Counted from the stretch's first letter, positions 39,713 to 49,358 are shown. The stretch is 64,000 bases of DNA from a virus (IMGVR_UViG_3300029448_007456:32001-96000); one strand, 5' to 3'. The notes: generated by a model not told the origin, from the sequence alone. Translations and numbers: made by a program.

Positions 39713-40435
39713 TTAGTTTTGGCTAGTTTTGAGGATTTGTGTTGAATCATCACCACCACTAATTGCAAGTGTGCCAGTTAGTTGGTTAACAACAATAGCC
39801 TCATATATTTCACCGTATGCTGTTGGATTACCACATTCGACTGATGCCACCACTGTGTCAGTTGTTGCGGCAAGATAACGAGTTCTTAGTTCACTATATG
39901 TGTTTGTGCTTGAAAAGTCAACATCAGTTCCGCCACCGTTAATACCGCTGGCAATTAATGCTCTGAATCTGTTTGCTTGAGTGTTTGTTCCTGCTGTATC
40001 AACATTTCCTGCAAGTGCTCTTGTAGAACCATCTGGGATACCATCAGTGGTTGTTATGTTGATATGATCAGGTGATTCAACACTGATCGTAAATTCAAGC
40101 AATGTCGCTTGTGCATCACCGTTTGCTTCTTGAATCTCAATGTCAAGTATGTCCACCAGTGTGTCAGACTGTAAGTGCTGAACCATTTTTTCAAATCTCA
40201 TCAATCCACGTTCTCTACGATCAGCAAGGGCATTAGTTGTTGCTCTTGTGACGTTTGTGGCTAGAGTTGATAAGTTTGTGATATATGGTCTATCTGAAGT
40301 AGGAAAGTTACCATTTGGTGACACAGCGCCGCCTGTTACGCCGTCTGTATTAGTGTCAAATGCAGACATGTCTATGCTCACTCTAAAGTAAGCTGGTTTT
40401 CTTGTATCACCCTTAACTGAAAAATAACTTGGCAT
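39713..40435 (-). CDS. Putative virion structural protein
   Basis: T/S/A/G-rich composition; TAAATA and AAGGA upstream. Confidence 0.45.
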   Translation of the reverse strand: MPSYFSVKGDTRKPAYFRVSIDMSAFDTNTDGVTGGAVSPNGNFPTSDRPYITNLSTLATNVTRATTNALADRRERGLMRFEKMVQHLQSDTLVDILDIEIQEANGDAQATLLEFTISVESPDHINITTTDGIPDGSTRALAGNVDTAGTNTQANRFRALIASGINGGGTDVDFSSTNTYSELRTRYLAATTDTVVASVECGNPTAYGEIYEAIVVNQLTGTLAISGGDDSTQILKTSQN

Positions 40436-40464
40436 TGTCTGTATGTTTCCTTCGTTTTATTTAT

Positions 40465-40782
40465 TTAGTGTATTCGCCAAACTTGATCTCGTCTACAGGC
40501 TATGCCATGGTAATATTTTGTTGGATCAAAATATGCAATTTCGAAGTGTCTGCAAGGACCTTTGTATTTGTATGAAGCATACACTGGTTTGATGGTGCCA
40601 CTTTTGCCTGTGTTTTTGTCGTGCCAATGTGATGCAATGCCGTCTTTGTTGTATTCTAAAGCATGCTGAAGTGTGCGTTCTATTTGTTCAGATTGACCCG
40701 AGTGTCCTGTAAGTGAGTAATAACTTGTGTTTGCACAGCCGATAAGCCAAACACTGCTGATGATTGCAATTAGTTTTCCCAT
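40465..40782 (-). CDS. 17-kDa surface-antigen-like lipoprotein
   Basis: Lipobox LIGC; ALE...G...W....G.SG.I.P; CR.F; G.ACR...W. Confidence 0.7.
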   Translation of the reverse strand: MGKLIAIISSVWLIGCANTSYYSLTGHSGQSEQIERTLQHALEYNKDGIASHWHDKNTGKSGTIKPVYASYKYKGPCRHFEIAYFDPTKYYHGIACRRDQVWRIH

Positions 40783-41324
40783 CTGTAAAACAAGTGATCG
40801 CCCACTTGCCCTATGAATGTAAGATCATGTCTCCATGCTGGACTGACCCATGTTGCATGATAGTGAGTGGCGCCTTCTAGTATGCCTCTGTATTTTCCAT
40901 CCAGTAATTGCAATCCAACAATTTGTGCCTTATACCAATTTTCTGTAGGATATATGTCATCAGACTTGCCATCACAATACCAAGAGAATTGACATCTGTT
41001 TTTTACAGGATAGTAAATTCTGTCTTCATCTGCAAGATCTGTGTCTTTGCGTGTCTTCCAAGATTCATACATTGGGCCTTGTTTGATTACTTCACATATT
41101 GTGTTGGGATAACGATTGTCGTTTACTCGATTCAACACCACTAACCCTACAGCAATTTTACCTGCCATAGGTTCCACTGACGCTTCAAACAATATGTTTT
41201 GCGCCATGCAGTATGCTTCTGGATTTTTTGTTTTGTCTATGATATTGTAGTCAAAGGCACTGCCAATTTTACACCACATCATACCTAGCCAGAATGCTAC
41301 CACCACTAATAGTATTCTCATCAT
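40770..41324 (-). CDS. SleB-like cell wall hydrolase
   Basis: C.A.NI.FEA..E...G..AV..V.LNRV..YPNTIC.V, CQFSW.CDG, GATHYHA..V.P.W, H.FY. Confidence 0.9.
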   Translation of the reverse strand: MMRILLVVVAFWLGMMWCKIGSAFDYNIIDKTKNPEAYCMAQNILFEASVEPMAGKIAVGLVVLNRVNDNRYPNTICEVIKQGPMYESWKTRKDTDLADEDRIYYPVKNRCQFSWYCDGKSDDIYPTENWYKAQIVGLQLLDGKYRGILEGATHYHATWVSPAWRHDLTFIGQVGDHLFYRWEN

Positions 41325-41358
41325 ACTGCTATTGTATGATATATTTGGTATTTGTCAA

Positions 41359-41784
41359 CTACAGTGCGACGATGCCTTTATCAACAAGGATCTTGCGATT
41401 TTTTTCATGCAATGCTTGAACTTCTTCTTTGGATCCGCCAAAATATGGAACAGCAAAACCTTCTTCACACATTATTTCAGTAGCCATTCTTGAGCCTACA
41501 ACAAAGTCTCCTAAAATACGTCCAAACTTGCCTTTCATGTCTTCACCATTTTTGTTGACTTGTGTTTTAAGAACGCCTGTCTTGCCAAGCAATGACTTTA
41601 GTTTTTCTTTGGCCGCTAGTCCAAACTTCTTTTCAACTTTATCACGTGTTCTTGATTCTGGTGTGTCTATGCCCATAACTCTCACACGTTCATCTTTCAG
41701 CCACACACCAAATCCTAGATCAATATCTACATCAACTGTGTCGCCATCAACTATTTTAACAATATTACACTTGTACTCATACAT
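41359..41784 (-). CDS. Thermonuclease (SNase-like)
   Basis: VDGDTVD.DIDLGF, RVR..GIDTPESRT, GKFGRILG. Confidence 0.88.
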   Translation of the reverse strand: MYEYKCNIVKIVDGDTVDVDIDLGFGVWLKDERVRVMGIDTPESRTRDKVEKKFGLAAKEKLKSLLGKTGVLKTQVNKNGEDMKGKFGRILGDFVVGSRMATEIMCEEGFAVPYFGGSKEEVQALHEKNRKILVDKGIVAL

Positions 41785-41975
41785 TACATTGCTCCAAACG
41801 TATGCATTAGGCCAGGACCAAATGATGACACAGCAAAGCCAAGTCCTACTAGTGCTCCTATTCCAACAATCAACCATTTCATTTTGAAATCATTCACTTC
41901 CATCTTAATTGCAATTAATTCATTTCCTAAAATTCTGATGGACAATTCAAGTTTGCCGTCTTCTTTATCTGCCAT
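41784..41975 (-). CDS. Small membrane protein
   Basis: GKLE.SIRILGNE motif plus TM helix; GAGAGG RBS. Confidence 0.5.
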   Translation of the reverse strand: MADKEDGKLELSIRILGNELIAIKMEVNDFKMKWLIVGIGALVGLGFAVSSFGPGLMHTFGAM

Positions 41976-42063
41976 TGTGGGTTCCTCTCATGTAGTGTTT
42001 GCTGGGATCATATGACAGAGGTCTGCCCAATTTTACAAATAATAATTTAATCCGCTGAAACAT
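41965..42063 (-). CDS. Small protein (32 aa, not in track)
   Basis: MFQRIKLLFVKLGRPLSYDPSKHYMRG...; TAAATA 7 nt before the ATG. Confidence 0.45.
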   Translation of the reverse strand: MFQRIKLLFVKLGRPLSYDPSKHYMRGTHNGR

Positions 42064-42077
42064 ATGTGAGTATTTAA

Positions 42078-42986
42078 TTAAGAACAGTGTTTTTTGCACA
42101 GACGCAATGGAGTTGTCAGCACCTGAGCGAAATTTTGGAACTGTGATGACTGCACAATGTGTTCCAACGTATGATGAGGTATTTTCATACGAGTTGGATC
42201 AGTCATTTTGAGCAACATTGAATAGTCTGTCTCTGTTTCAACTCCCGTGGACCATGCATGGAGTCCACCCAGATAACAACAAGGATACACAGAGCCATCA
42301 GCATACACAAATAGTTCTTTTTTGTTCACACTCATGCAAGACACACAGCCTGTAGGCACTCTAACAGTTTGATCATCTGCTGGATATAGGCTGGTTTCTA
42401 CAAAATTTCTATCTGAGTGCAAGGTTATGAAGTTTGAAAATGCAAGTTGCTGTGATAGTTGTTCACAGTCGTGCCATTGATGTTGATTGTGTTGGAATTT
42501 AATAAACTGCCAGTGTGCATTGCCACCATGGCCAATGAATGTTTTTGCATTTGCCAAAACTTTGTCATAGTCAGTTCCTATCCTATACATGCTATGTGTA
42601 TCAGCCAATCCATCTATGCCAAACACAACCTTGTCATGGGAGTTTAATATTTCAGCCAGGCGTTGCCAATATGCATCATTATGTAAGCCACCATTGGTTG
42701 CTATCCACACTTTTATCTTTGGATTGTGCTGTTTGAAATGTTGGACAATGTTCAAAAAGTCTTTAGCAATGATAGGATCACCTGTGGTCCCTTTGAATAT
42801 AACACTTCTAAGTCCTGATATGATTGTAGTATCAATAGACTGTTTGATGTCTTGTAGTGACAGTTCATCTTTGTTGAGTCCTTGTAGTAATCTACCTTTA
42901 GTGTATCTTGGACACTGTGGACATTTTGCATTACACTTGTTGGCCAGTTCAAACTCAATGGATTCTAATTGTTGTATATCAAACAT
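42078..42986 (-). CDS. Radical SAM/SPASM protein
   Basis: CNAKCPQC, GDP, TNGG, FGIDGL, DG.VYPCC, C-terminal C..HC. Confidence 0.85.
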   Translation of the reverse strand: MFDIQQLESIEFELANKCNAKCPQCPRYTKGRLLQGLNKDELSLQDIKQSIDTTIISGLRSVIFKGTTGDPIIAKDFLNIVQHFKQHNPKIKVWIATNGGLHNDAYWQRLAEILNSHDKVVFGIDGLADTHSMYRIGTDYDKVLANAKTFIGHGGNAHWQFIKFQHNQHQWHDCEQLSQQLAFSNFITLHSDRNFVETSLYPADDQTVRVPTGCVSCMSVNKKELFVYADGSVYPCCYLGGLHAWSTGVETETDYSMLLKMTDPTRMKIPHHTLEHIVQSSQFQNFAQVLTTPLRLCKKHCS

Positions 42987-42993
42987 TACTCAA

Positions 42994-43182
42994 TGGCCTG
43001 TTCTGTTGCTAGGTAGGCCAAACCCCGCCAACCTAATTAATTAGGCCGCAAGTGCTAGAGTTTCCTCAGCGATTGTAATTTGCCAACTACTCTATCTGTC
43101 AATCCACTCGCCCCCGGAAGGGAGTCTGTTGGTGGAGGCGCCGGGGTTGATCCCGGGTCCAGTATAGTATCAAACGTCAGCA
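42994..43182 (-). ncRNA. ssrA: Permuted two-piece tmRNA (alphaproteobacterial type)
   Basis: Acceptor piece ...GAC-CCGGG-loop-CCCGG-CGCCUCC-ACCA ends at 43130; 14-nt spacer; coding piece starts GGGGGCG at 43115 (G3.U70 pair); tag AEETLALAA-stop at 43070-43041; 3' GCGGGG...ACCUAGCAACAGAA element; promoter TAGACA-N17-TAAAAT at 43188-43216. Confidence 0.92.
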
Positions 43183-43213
43183 CAATTATTTTATGCTAAT
43201 TTTGAACTTTTGT

Positions 43214-43531
43214 CTACTTGGTTTGTAAGGGTGGCACTGATGAAGCAGGCTGTATACCTGTGGTGCCTTGAATGTAATTGTCAGCGGCTTGCTTGTTGGC
43301 TTTTTGCATGGTAACCACAGATGCTTTGTTGAACACAAAGTCCTTGGTCATGTCACCCATCACAAGATACTGTTGCATGCCAATGCCTTGTTGTGTCATT
43401 GCAAGTGCCAGTGGTTTTGACACTTTCACTGTCTTGTCATCTTGTGATAAAAACTTTGCAATAACTTCGTCACCGCCTTGTATTCGCATAGCGATAATGT
43501 CATTTGACTTAAATCCTGCGTCGATAAGCAT
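43214..43531 (-). CDS. Hypothetical protein (possible Sm-like fold)
   Basis: I....G.EVIA...V.KP pattern; ends Y.Q.T.GI. Confidence 0.55.
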   Translation of the reverse strand: MLIDAGFKSNDIIAMRIQGGDEVIAKFLSQDDKTVKVSKPLALAMTQQGIGMQQYLVMGDMTKDFVFNKASVVTMQKANKQAADNYIQGTTGIQPASSVPPLQTK

Positions 43532-44631
43532 TAAAGTTTGAAACCTGCCAATGTGTCTTTGTTGACGTCTTGTTTGACTCCGCCAATGATGTATGATTCA
43601 ACTTCAGTTTCTTGTGGAGCAACTTGCAGTCCTGCTGACGATAACCAATGCTGTGTCCATGGTAGTGGGTTTGCATTAAGTGGACGATCAAATATAGGAT
43701 CAAATCCTATGGACTTTATTCTCTTGTTAGCAACAAATTCAACATAGTCACCTAATAGTTTTTCGTTAAGTCCTATGATGGTGCCCTCTTTCATCAAATG
43801 CTTGGCCCATGCTTTTTCTTCTTCAACACATAATTTATACATGTTAACAACTTCATCTTTGCATTCTTCAGTGATCTTTTTCATTTCAGGATCATCGCCT
43901 TCTTGCCACTTCTTAATAATCTGTGTGGACAAGTTTAAATGTGTTGCTTCATCTCTTGCAATGAATGATATAATCTTTGCAGAACCTTCCATAAGTTTAA
44001 GTTCTCCAAATGCAAATGTGCAGGCAAATGAAACATAAAATCTTAATCCTTCTAATATGTTAACATTGACCATAGCAAGATATAATTGTTTCTTGACTTC
44101 CTTAATGTCGCCTTTGCCTTTGACAAAGTAGTCTTGTGCTAGTGCTGAGAATCTATCATAGTTTTCTGTGACAGATATAGCACGTTTAACAATCTGTTCG
44201 TCATTTAATATTGTGTCAAACACTTCTGATGGGTCAGCATACACATTCTTCATAATGTATGTGTAAGAACGTGAATGGATAGTTTCCATAAAGTCCCAAG
44301 TGATAATGCAACCTTCAAGTTCGGGTAATGAGCAGTAAGGTAAGAAACTTAAACAAGGACCTCTGCCTTGCACACTGTCAAGCAGTGTTTGATATTTTAA
44401 GTTTGAAGTGAATATGTGTTTTTGTTCAGGACGGAATGTTTGAAAGTCTGCACGATCTTTCTGCAGAGATATTTCTTCTGGTCTCCAAAAGTAACCAAGC
44501 ATTCGTTGATTAAGTTTATCCATTTCTGGATATTTGAATTGATCATATCTTTGTGTGTTTTGATCTTCACCAAAAAACATAGGCTGTTTTGTAAAGTCTA
44601 CTTCATTTCTGTTGAATACTGTTTTGCTCAT
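43531..44631 (-). CDS. nrdB: Ribonucleotide reductase class Ia beta subunit
   Basis: FWRPEE, QTLLDSVQGR, ETIHSRSY, LEGLRFYVSF, ARDEATH, VAPQETE. Confidence 0.97.
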   Translation of the reverse strand: MSKTVFNRNEVDFTKQPMFFGEDQNTQRYDQFKYPEMDKLNQRMLGYFWRPEEISLQKDRADFQTFRPEQKHIFTSNLKYQTLLDSVQGRGPCLSFLPYCSLPELEGCIITWDFMETIHSRSYTYIMKNVYADPSEVFDTILNDEQIVKRAISVTENYDRFSALAQDYFVKGKGDIKEVKKQLYLAMVNVNILEGLRFYVSFACTFAFGELKLMEGSAKIISFIARDEATHLNLSTQIIKKWQEGDDPEMKKITEECKDEVVNMYKLCVEEEKAWAKHLMKEGTIIGLNEKLLGDYVEFVANKRIKSIGFDPIFDRPLNANPLPWTQHWLSSAGLQVAPQETEVESYIIGGVKQDVNKDTLAGFKL

Positions 44632-44667
44632 TGTGTTAATTATACTTCCTTGTGAATTTTAGTCAAC

Positions 44668-47004
44668 CTATATTGCACAGGCATCGCATGTTTCATCTTC
44701 TTCTTGTTCAGTCACAGACTCATTTATCTGTTGAACATTATCTTCTTGCACAGTGTCTTGTATGCCTTGTGGTTGCACAGTGTCTTCTTCACCTTTGTAG
44801 TCATATGTGTTTTGGTAATAAGAAGTTTTCCAACCTAACTTGTATGTGGTTAATAAGTCTTTGATCATCACACTCATTGGAACTTCATTGTTTTCATAGT
44901 GTAATGGATTGTATGACCAGTTGCCAGATATGGCTTGATCAAAAAACTTTTGCATGACGCTTACTATATTAATGTAACCTTCATTGGAAGGCATGTCCCA
45001 TAACAGTGTGTAATAATTTTTTAGTGTTTGGAATTGTGGCACCACTTGTTTGAGTGGACCTTTTTTGCTTTTTTTGGTTGATAGCAATGCACGTGGTGGT
45101 TCAATGCCATTGGTTGCATTTGATACTACACTTGAAGATTCGGAAGGCATCTGTGCAGACAGAGTAGAGTGTCTAATGCCATGCTGTTTAATTTGACTTC
45201 TTAACCATTCCCAATCACAGGTATATTTGAATTTACCAAGATCATCAACATCTTTCTTGTATGTGTCAATTGGCAATAAGCCATCTGAATACTTGGTTCT
45301 TTCATAATATTCACAAGCACCACGTTCTTTGGCAAGATTCATTGATGCTTTTAGTAGATAGTATTGAAAACATTCTGTAAGTTCATGCACCAAAGGTAAT
45401 GCTTCTTTGTCTGCATATTTCACTTTGTTCTTTGCTAGAAAGTGTGCCAAACCAATATAACCAACACCAAGTGATCTTCTTGCTTTGGTTGATCGTTCTG
45501 CCGCTTTGATTGGGTAACCTTGATAATCAATGATTTGATCCAATGCTCTTACAGATAAGTCGCATAAGTTTTCTAAGTCCTCAAAGTTTTTAAGTGTGCC
45601 CACATTAATAGCAGACAAAATACACAGTGCAATTTCGCCTTCGTTGTCATCAACGTGTTGAATAGGCACAGTCGGTAGAGTAATTTCTTGACATAGGTTA
45701 GACATACGCACAGGATCTTTGAATGATGAATGTGAATTTGCATGATCAATATTCATAACATATATTCTGCCTGTCTCTGCTCTTTCTTTCAACAACGCAG
45801 AAAATAAATCCATTGCTTTTATTTTCTTTTTGGGTGTCTTGCGATCATTTTCATATTTCACATAAAGTTCATCAAACTTTTTGTTGTCATGTCCAAATGT
45901 TTCATAAAGTTCAGGCACATCATGTGGCGAGAACAATGTGATGTCTCCATCCTGTAACACACGTTCATAGAATATTTTTGATATCTGAATTGAGTAATCC
46001 AACTTACGCACACGATTGTCTTCTGTGCCTTTGTTATTCTTCAACACAAGAATGTCTTCTATCTCTTGATGCCATATTGGAAAATGCACAGTGGCTGATC
46101 CGCCACGGATGCCATTCTGTGTGCATGAACGCACAGTTGCTTCAAACACTTTTAAGAATGGAATCACTCCTGTGTGTGCAACTTCGCCACCTCTAATTTT
46201 AGAATTAATGGCTCTTATCCTTCCAAGGTTTAATCCAATGCCCGCTCTCTGTGCAATGTAGTATCCAACAGCAGAGTTGGATGAAAATATTGAAGGCAAT
46301 GTATCATCAACATCAACCAACACACAAGATGCAAACTGTTTGATAGGTGTTCTTACTCCACCCATCACAGGTGTTGGAATATTAATTTGATATGTTGATA
46401 TTGCATCATAATATTTTTTGATGTATTGCATTCTTGTTTCTTTTGGATAGTTGGCAAACAATGTAGCCGCAATCATCATATACATGTATTGTGGAGTTTC
46501 ATACACTTCGCCTGTGCTTCTATCCTGCACAAGATATTTGTCCACCACTTGTCTTAATCCTGCATATGTAAAGTCAAGATCTCTGTCATGTTTAATCCAT
46601 GTGTTGAGTTTTTTCAACTCAGTTTTTGTATAATTTTCAACGACTTGTTTGTCATACACACCGCGTTTTACATTTTGAATAATAACATTAACAAAATGTT
46701 TAGGCTGAAACTGACCAAATACTTCTTTGTAGACGTTCCATAACAACAGTCTTGCCGCCGCAAATTGATAGTTGGGATTTTCAAGTGTAATGAGATCGTT
46801 TGCAGAACGTATTAATATGTCCTGTATGTCTTTGGAGGTCATGTTGTTGGTGAATTGTATGTGAGAATTCATTTCGATTTGAGAAGCACTCACGCCTGTT
46901 AGACCCTCACAAGCTTGCTCAACAACGAAGTGCATCTTGTTTATGTCTAATGGTTCTTTGGAGCCATCTCTTTTAATAATGTTTGTTTCAATTGGTTTGT
47001 TCAT
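44668..47004 (-). CDS. nrdA: Ribonucleotide reductase class Ia alpha subunit with ATP cone
   Basis: IKRDG..E, PTPVM.G.RT, ASCVL, SNLCQEI, AQMPSE.SS, C-terminal CDAC. Confidence 0.97.
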   Translation of the reverse strand: MNKPIETNIIKRDGSKEPLDINKMHFVVEQACEGLTGVSASQIEMNSHIQFTNNMTSKDIQDILIRSANDLITLENPNYQFAAARLLLWNVYKEVFGQFQPKHFVNVIIQNVKRGVYDKQVVENYTKTELKKLNTWIKHDRDLDFTYAGLRQVVDKYLVQDRSTGEVYETPQYMYMMIAATLFANYPKETRMQYIKKYYDAISTYQINIPTPVMGGVRTPIKQFASCVLVDVDDTLPSIFSSNSAVGYYIAQRAGIGLNLGRIRAINSKIRGGEVAHTGVIPFLKVFEATVRSCTQNGIRGGSATVHFPIWHQEIEDILVLKNNKGTEDNRVRKLDYSIQISKIFYERVLQDGDITLFSPHDVPELYETFGHDNKKFDELYVKYENDRKTPKKKIKAMDLFSALLKERAETGRIYVMNIDHANSHSSFKDPVRMSNLCQEITLPTVPIQHVDDNEGEIALCILSAINVGTLKNFEDLENLCDLSVRALDQIIDYQGYPIKAAERSTKARRSLGVGYIGLAHFLAKNKVKYADKEALPLVHELTECFQYYLLKASMNLAKERGACEYYERTKYSDGLLPIDTYKKDVDDLGKFKYTCDWEWLRSQIKQHGIRHSTLSAQMPSESSSVVSNATNGIEPPRALLSTKKSKKGPLKQVVPQFQTLKNYYTLLWDMPSNEGYINIVSVMQKFFDQAISGNWSYNPLHYENNEVPMSVMIKDLLTTYKLGWKTSYYQNTYDYKGEEDTVQPQGIQDTVQEDNVQQINESVTEQEEDETCDACAI

Positions 47005-47080
47005 GTTATTTTAATTTGTGCTATGGATTAAGCGTGATACTTATTATATGATGAAAAGGCTCTTTAGTAAACGATAATTT

Positions 47081-47099
47081 TGTGAATCAGTGTGGATAA
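47081..47099 (-). promoter_or_regulatory. Tandem DnaA boxes upstream of the nrdA promoter
   Basis: TTATCCACA (47091-47099) and TGATTCACA (47081-47089) ahead of TTTACT-N17-TATAAT. Confidence 0.55.
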
Positions 47100-47106
47100 T
47101 TAAGAT

Positions 47107-48648
47107 CTAGATAAAGTTTTGAATGCGATACTTCATGCTGGCTGCCGTGCCAGTTGAAGTTGTTTTGTATTGCAGTATGCCTGCGGCATCAACCTTTAGC
47201 GTTACACCTGTGGCTGTATTCTCAACAAACTCATCCGAGAACACAACATTGGTCGGAGTGGACTCAACCCTTAATGTGCCTCTGCGTTTTGCTGTGCCTC
47301 TAGTGATTGCATAGTCAATGTCAAAATGAACTTCTCTTTGATTGTCTATTTGTATTGTTGCACTTGAAAATGGTTCAACTGCGTTCGTAAATGTTGATGC
47401 ATTATCATCCAGTGTCAGTGTGTTTCTAATAGGTGTTTCATGATAGAGCGAACCTGCAAAGTTAGATAACAAGTCAGTTCTGTGAAAGTAGTTTCCATAT
47501 GCAAAGTTATTAGCATGTTCAAAGTTGATAGAAGGTAGATCAGAAGAATCATCTGAATTTGCGCCAACGTCTCTAAAAGAATTACCAGCAATAATGTTGC
47601 CTTCAGGTCTGCCACCATTACTGTGTATAAACACACCTTCGCCATCAATACTGTTAAATCTATTTCCTTGTGCCAACACACCTGTTGGGCCTGTAACTTT
47701 GCCGCCAGTGGAGCCATCAGCACCTTCGCCCAAGTTCATGCCTCTGTGTAAATTTTGAAATTCTGAACCAGTCACTTGAATGTCTTGGCAATCAAAGTCT
47801 GAGTTGATGCCGAATTCACTTTTTTCAAATGCACAACTAACAAAAAACAATCTTGAAGATTTGTTTGCTAGGGTTCCTCTAATATCAACACAGGCCTTGC
47901 TGTTTGTTTGGCCATCTTGGTTAGTGAAGTTTCCTTTGAAATGAACATTCTGCACATGCAAGTCAACAGCACTATCAATGATAAAAATATGATTGTCAGA
48001 ACTAGTTTTTAGTTGAATGTCTTTGATTGCAACACCTTCAGGCACACTGGCTCCATCGTCGCCTATGCTAGTCGATGTGTTACCATTTGAATCACAAGTT
48101 CTCATCACACATTCTTCTGTGGCATCAGTTTGACTAATAATGGTTGACTCCATGCCGTCTCCCACTAGATTTGAAAACGGATACAACAGGATTGGACCAG
48201 TAACAATATAAGTGCCACCTGGAAAATATAATCTTCTTTTTTGTTTGCCTGTAGTTTCTACAGTTACTAAATTTGCAATGGCTCTGTTGATGGCCGCTGT
48301 GTCGTCAGTTTGTCCATCTCCTACAGCACCAAAGTCTTTGACATTGGCAAAATCGTCTAGTTTCTTTTGAAGTGTTCTAACAATAGGTGAATTGTTGTCA
48401 ACACCTGTCACCACAGGCGAATCTGTGTTGCCTCTGAATGTAAATGTGTTAGCAGTAGATAATATGTTGTCATCTTCTGTTAAAATTTTAGTGTTGCCAG
48501 TTTGTGGAGCACCCTCTGATACAGTGCCATTACCTATGAATAATTCTTGTGTGTCTATTGAAAATCCAATTTCACCTGCCGCCAATTGGGGTAGTGACTC
48601 TCTCAAGCCTCGTCTGTGCTGAATTCGTGATATTTGAGTGATTGCCAT
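47107..48648 (-). CDS. Tail/virion protein with pectate-lyase-like beta-helix
   Basis: RRG...LPQLA.GE.G...D...LFIG N-terminus; VKDFGAVGDG.TDDTAAI..A; LYFPGGTY. Confidence 0.75.
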   Translation of the reverse strand: MAITQISRIQHRRGLRESLPQLAAGEIGFSIDTQELFIGNGTVSEGAPQTGNTKILTEDDNILSTANTFTFRGNTDSPVVTGVDNNSPIVRTLQKKLDDFANVKDFGAVGDGQTDDTAAINRAIANLVTVETTGKQKRRLYFPGGTYIVTGPILLYPFSNLVGDGMESTIISQTDATEECVMRTCDSNGNTSTSIGDDGASVPEGVAIKDIQLKTSSDNHIFIIDSAVDLHVQNVHFKGNFTNQDGQTNSKACVDIRGTLANKSSRLFFVSCAFEKSEFGINSDFDCQDIQVTGSEFQNLHRGMNLGEGADGSTGGKVTGPTGVLAQGNRFNSIDGEGVFIHSNGGRPEGNIIAGNSFRDVGANSDDSSDLPSINFEHANNFAYGNYFHRTDLLSNFAGSLYHETPIRNTLTLDDNASTFTNAVEPFSSATIQIDNQREVHFDIDYAITRGTAKRRGTLRVESTPTNVVFSDEFVENTATGVTLKVDAAGILQYKTTSTGTAASMKYRIQNFI

Positions 48649-48665
48649 TTGTAGTATTTATAGAC

Positions 48666-49358
48666 TTAGAGTTTATAGTATTGTTCTACACGAGCAAGCC
48701 ATTGCTCTAGCCAATAATCGTAATGTGAAGGTTCTAAATCAAATTGTTGATAATTTAGATCTCTTGAACACATGAATATGTGTCCTTCGCGAATCTGTGT
48801 GCCATACACTTCGTTGTGTGCTTCTGCGTAAGCAACTAACTGTAAGAAGTAATCTTCTACCCATTCCTTTTTCTTTGGTTTATTGGTTTGTTTGAAGTCC
48901 ATGATTGCAGGTTGTCCTTTATACTGCCCAACTACATCAGTGGTGCCTGAGTAAAGTCCTGGAAAATATAATGCTTGTTCAATGCCCCAAACTTCATCTA
49001 CATCAACAAGTGCATTTTGTATGATTTGGTCTGCCATTTTGTTTGCTTGAACATGAACAAGGTTAGAGCCAGGCATCCTTTGTTCGCCACACAAGAATCT
49101 TTCTAAATTGTTGTGCATGGCAGAACCAATGCCTGATGCTTCTTTGACAATGCGTTGTGCTTGTTGTTCACCCACACGTTTTTTCCATTCATTGAGATGT
49201 GTCATGTCTTTGGTTTTGCCTAGTATTGTGGTCACAGATGGCACTCTATCACCATTGGGTGTTTGATACACTCTGCGTCCAGATTCGTTGATCTGTTCTA
49301 ATTTGTGGTACTCAAACTTTTCAACAAAAGGTGGTGGTGATTGATTACTTGTATTCAA
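48666..49358 (-). CDS. PD-(D/E)XK exonuclease
   Basis: PSVTTIL, G...H..LE, G..D, DFKQTNK, QL.AYA.A. Confidence 0.8.
   Translation of the reverse strand: MNTSNQSPPPFVEKFEYHKLEQINESGRRVYQTPNGDRVPSVTTILGKTKDMTHLNEWKKRVGEQQAQRIVKEASGIGSAMHNNLERFLCGEQRMPGSNLVHVQANKMADQIIQNALVDVDEVWGIEQALYFPGLYSGTTDVVGQYKGQPAIMDFKQTNKPKKKEWVEDYFLQLVAYAEAHNEVYGTQIREGHIFMCSRDLNYQQFDLEPSHYDYWLEQWLARVEQYYKL

Noticed and set aside
43109-43160. tRNA-Ala
   Set aside because: The 3' half precedes the 5' half, there is no anticodon arm, and a tag ORF follows, so it is a permuted tmRNA.
48666-49358. Cas4
   Set aside because: It has no Fe-S cysteines and no CRISPR context; it is an ordinary phage PD-(D/E)XK exonuclease.
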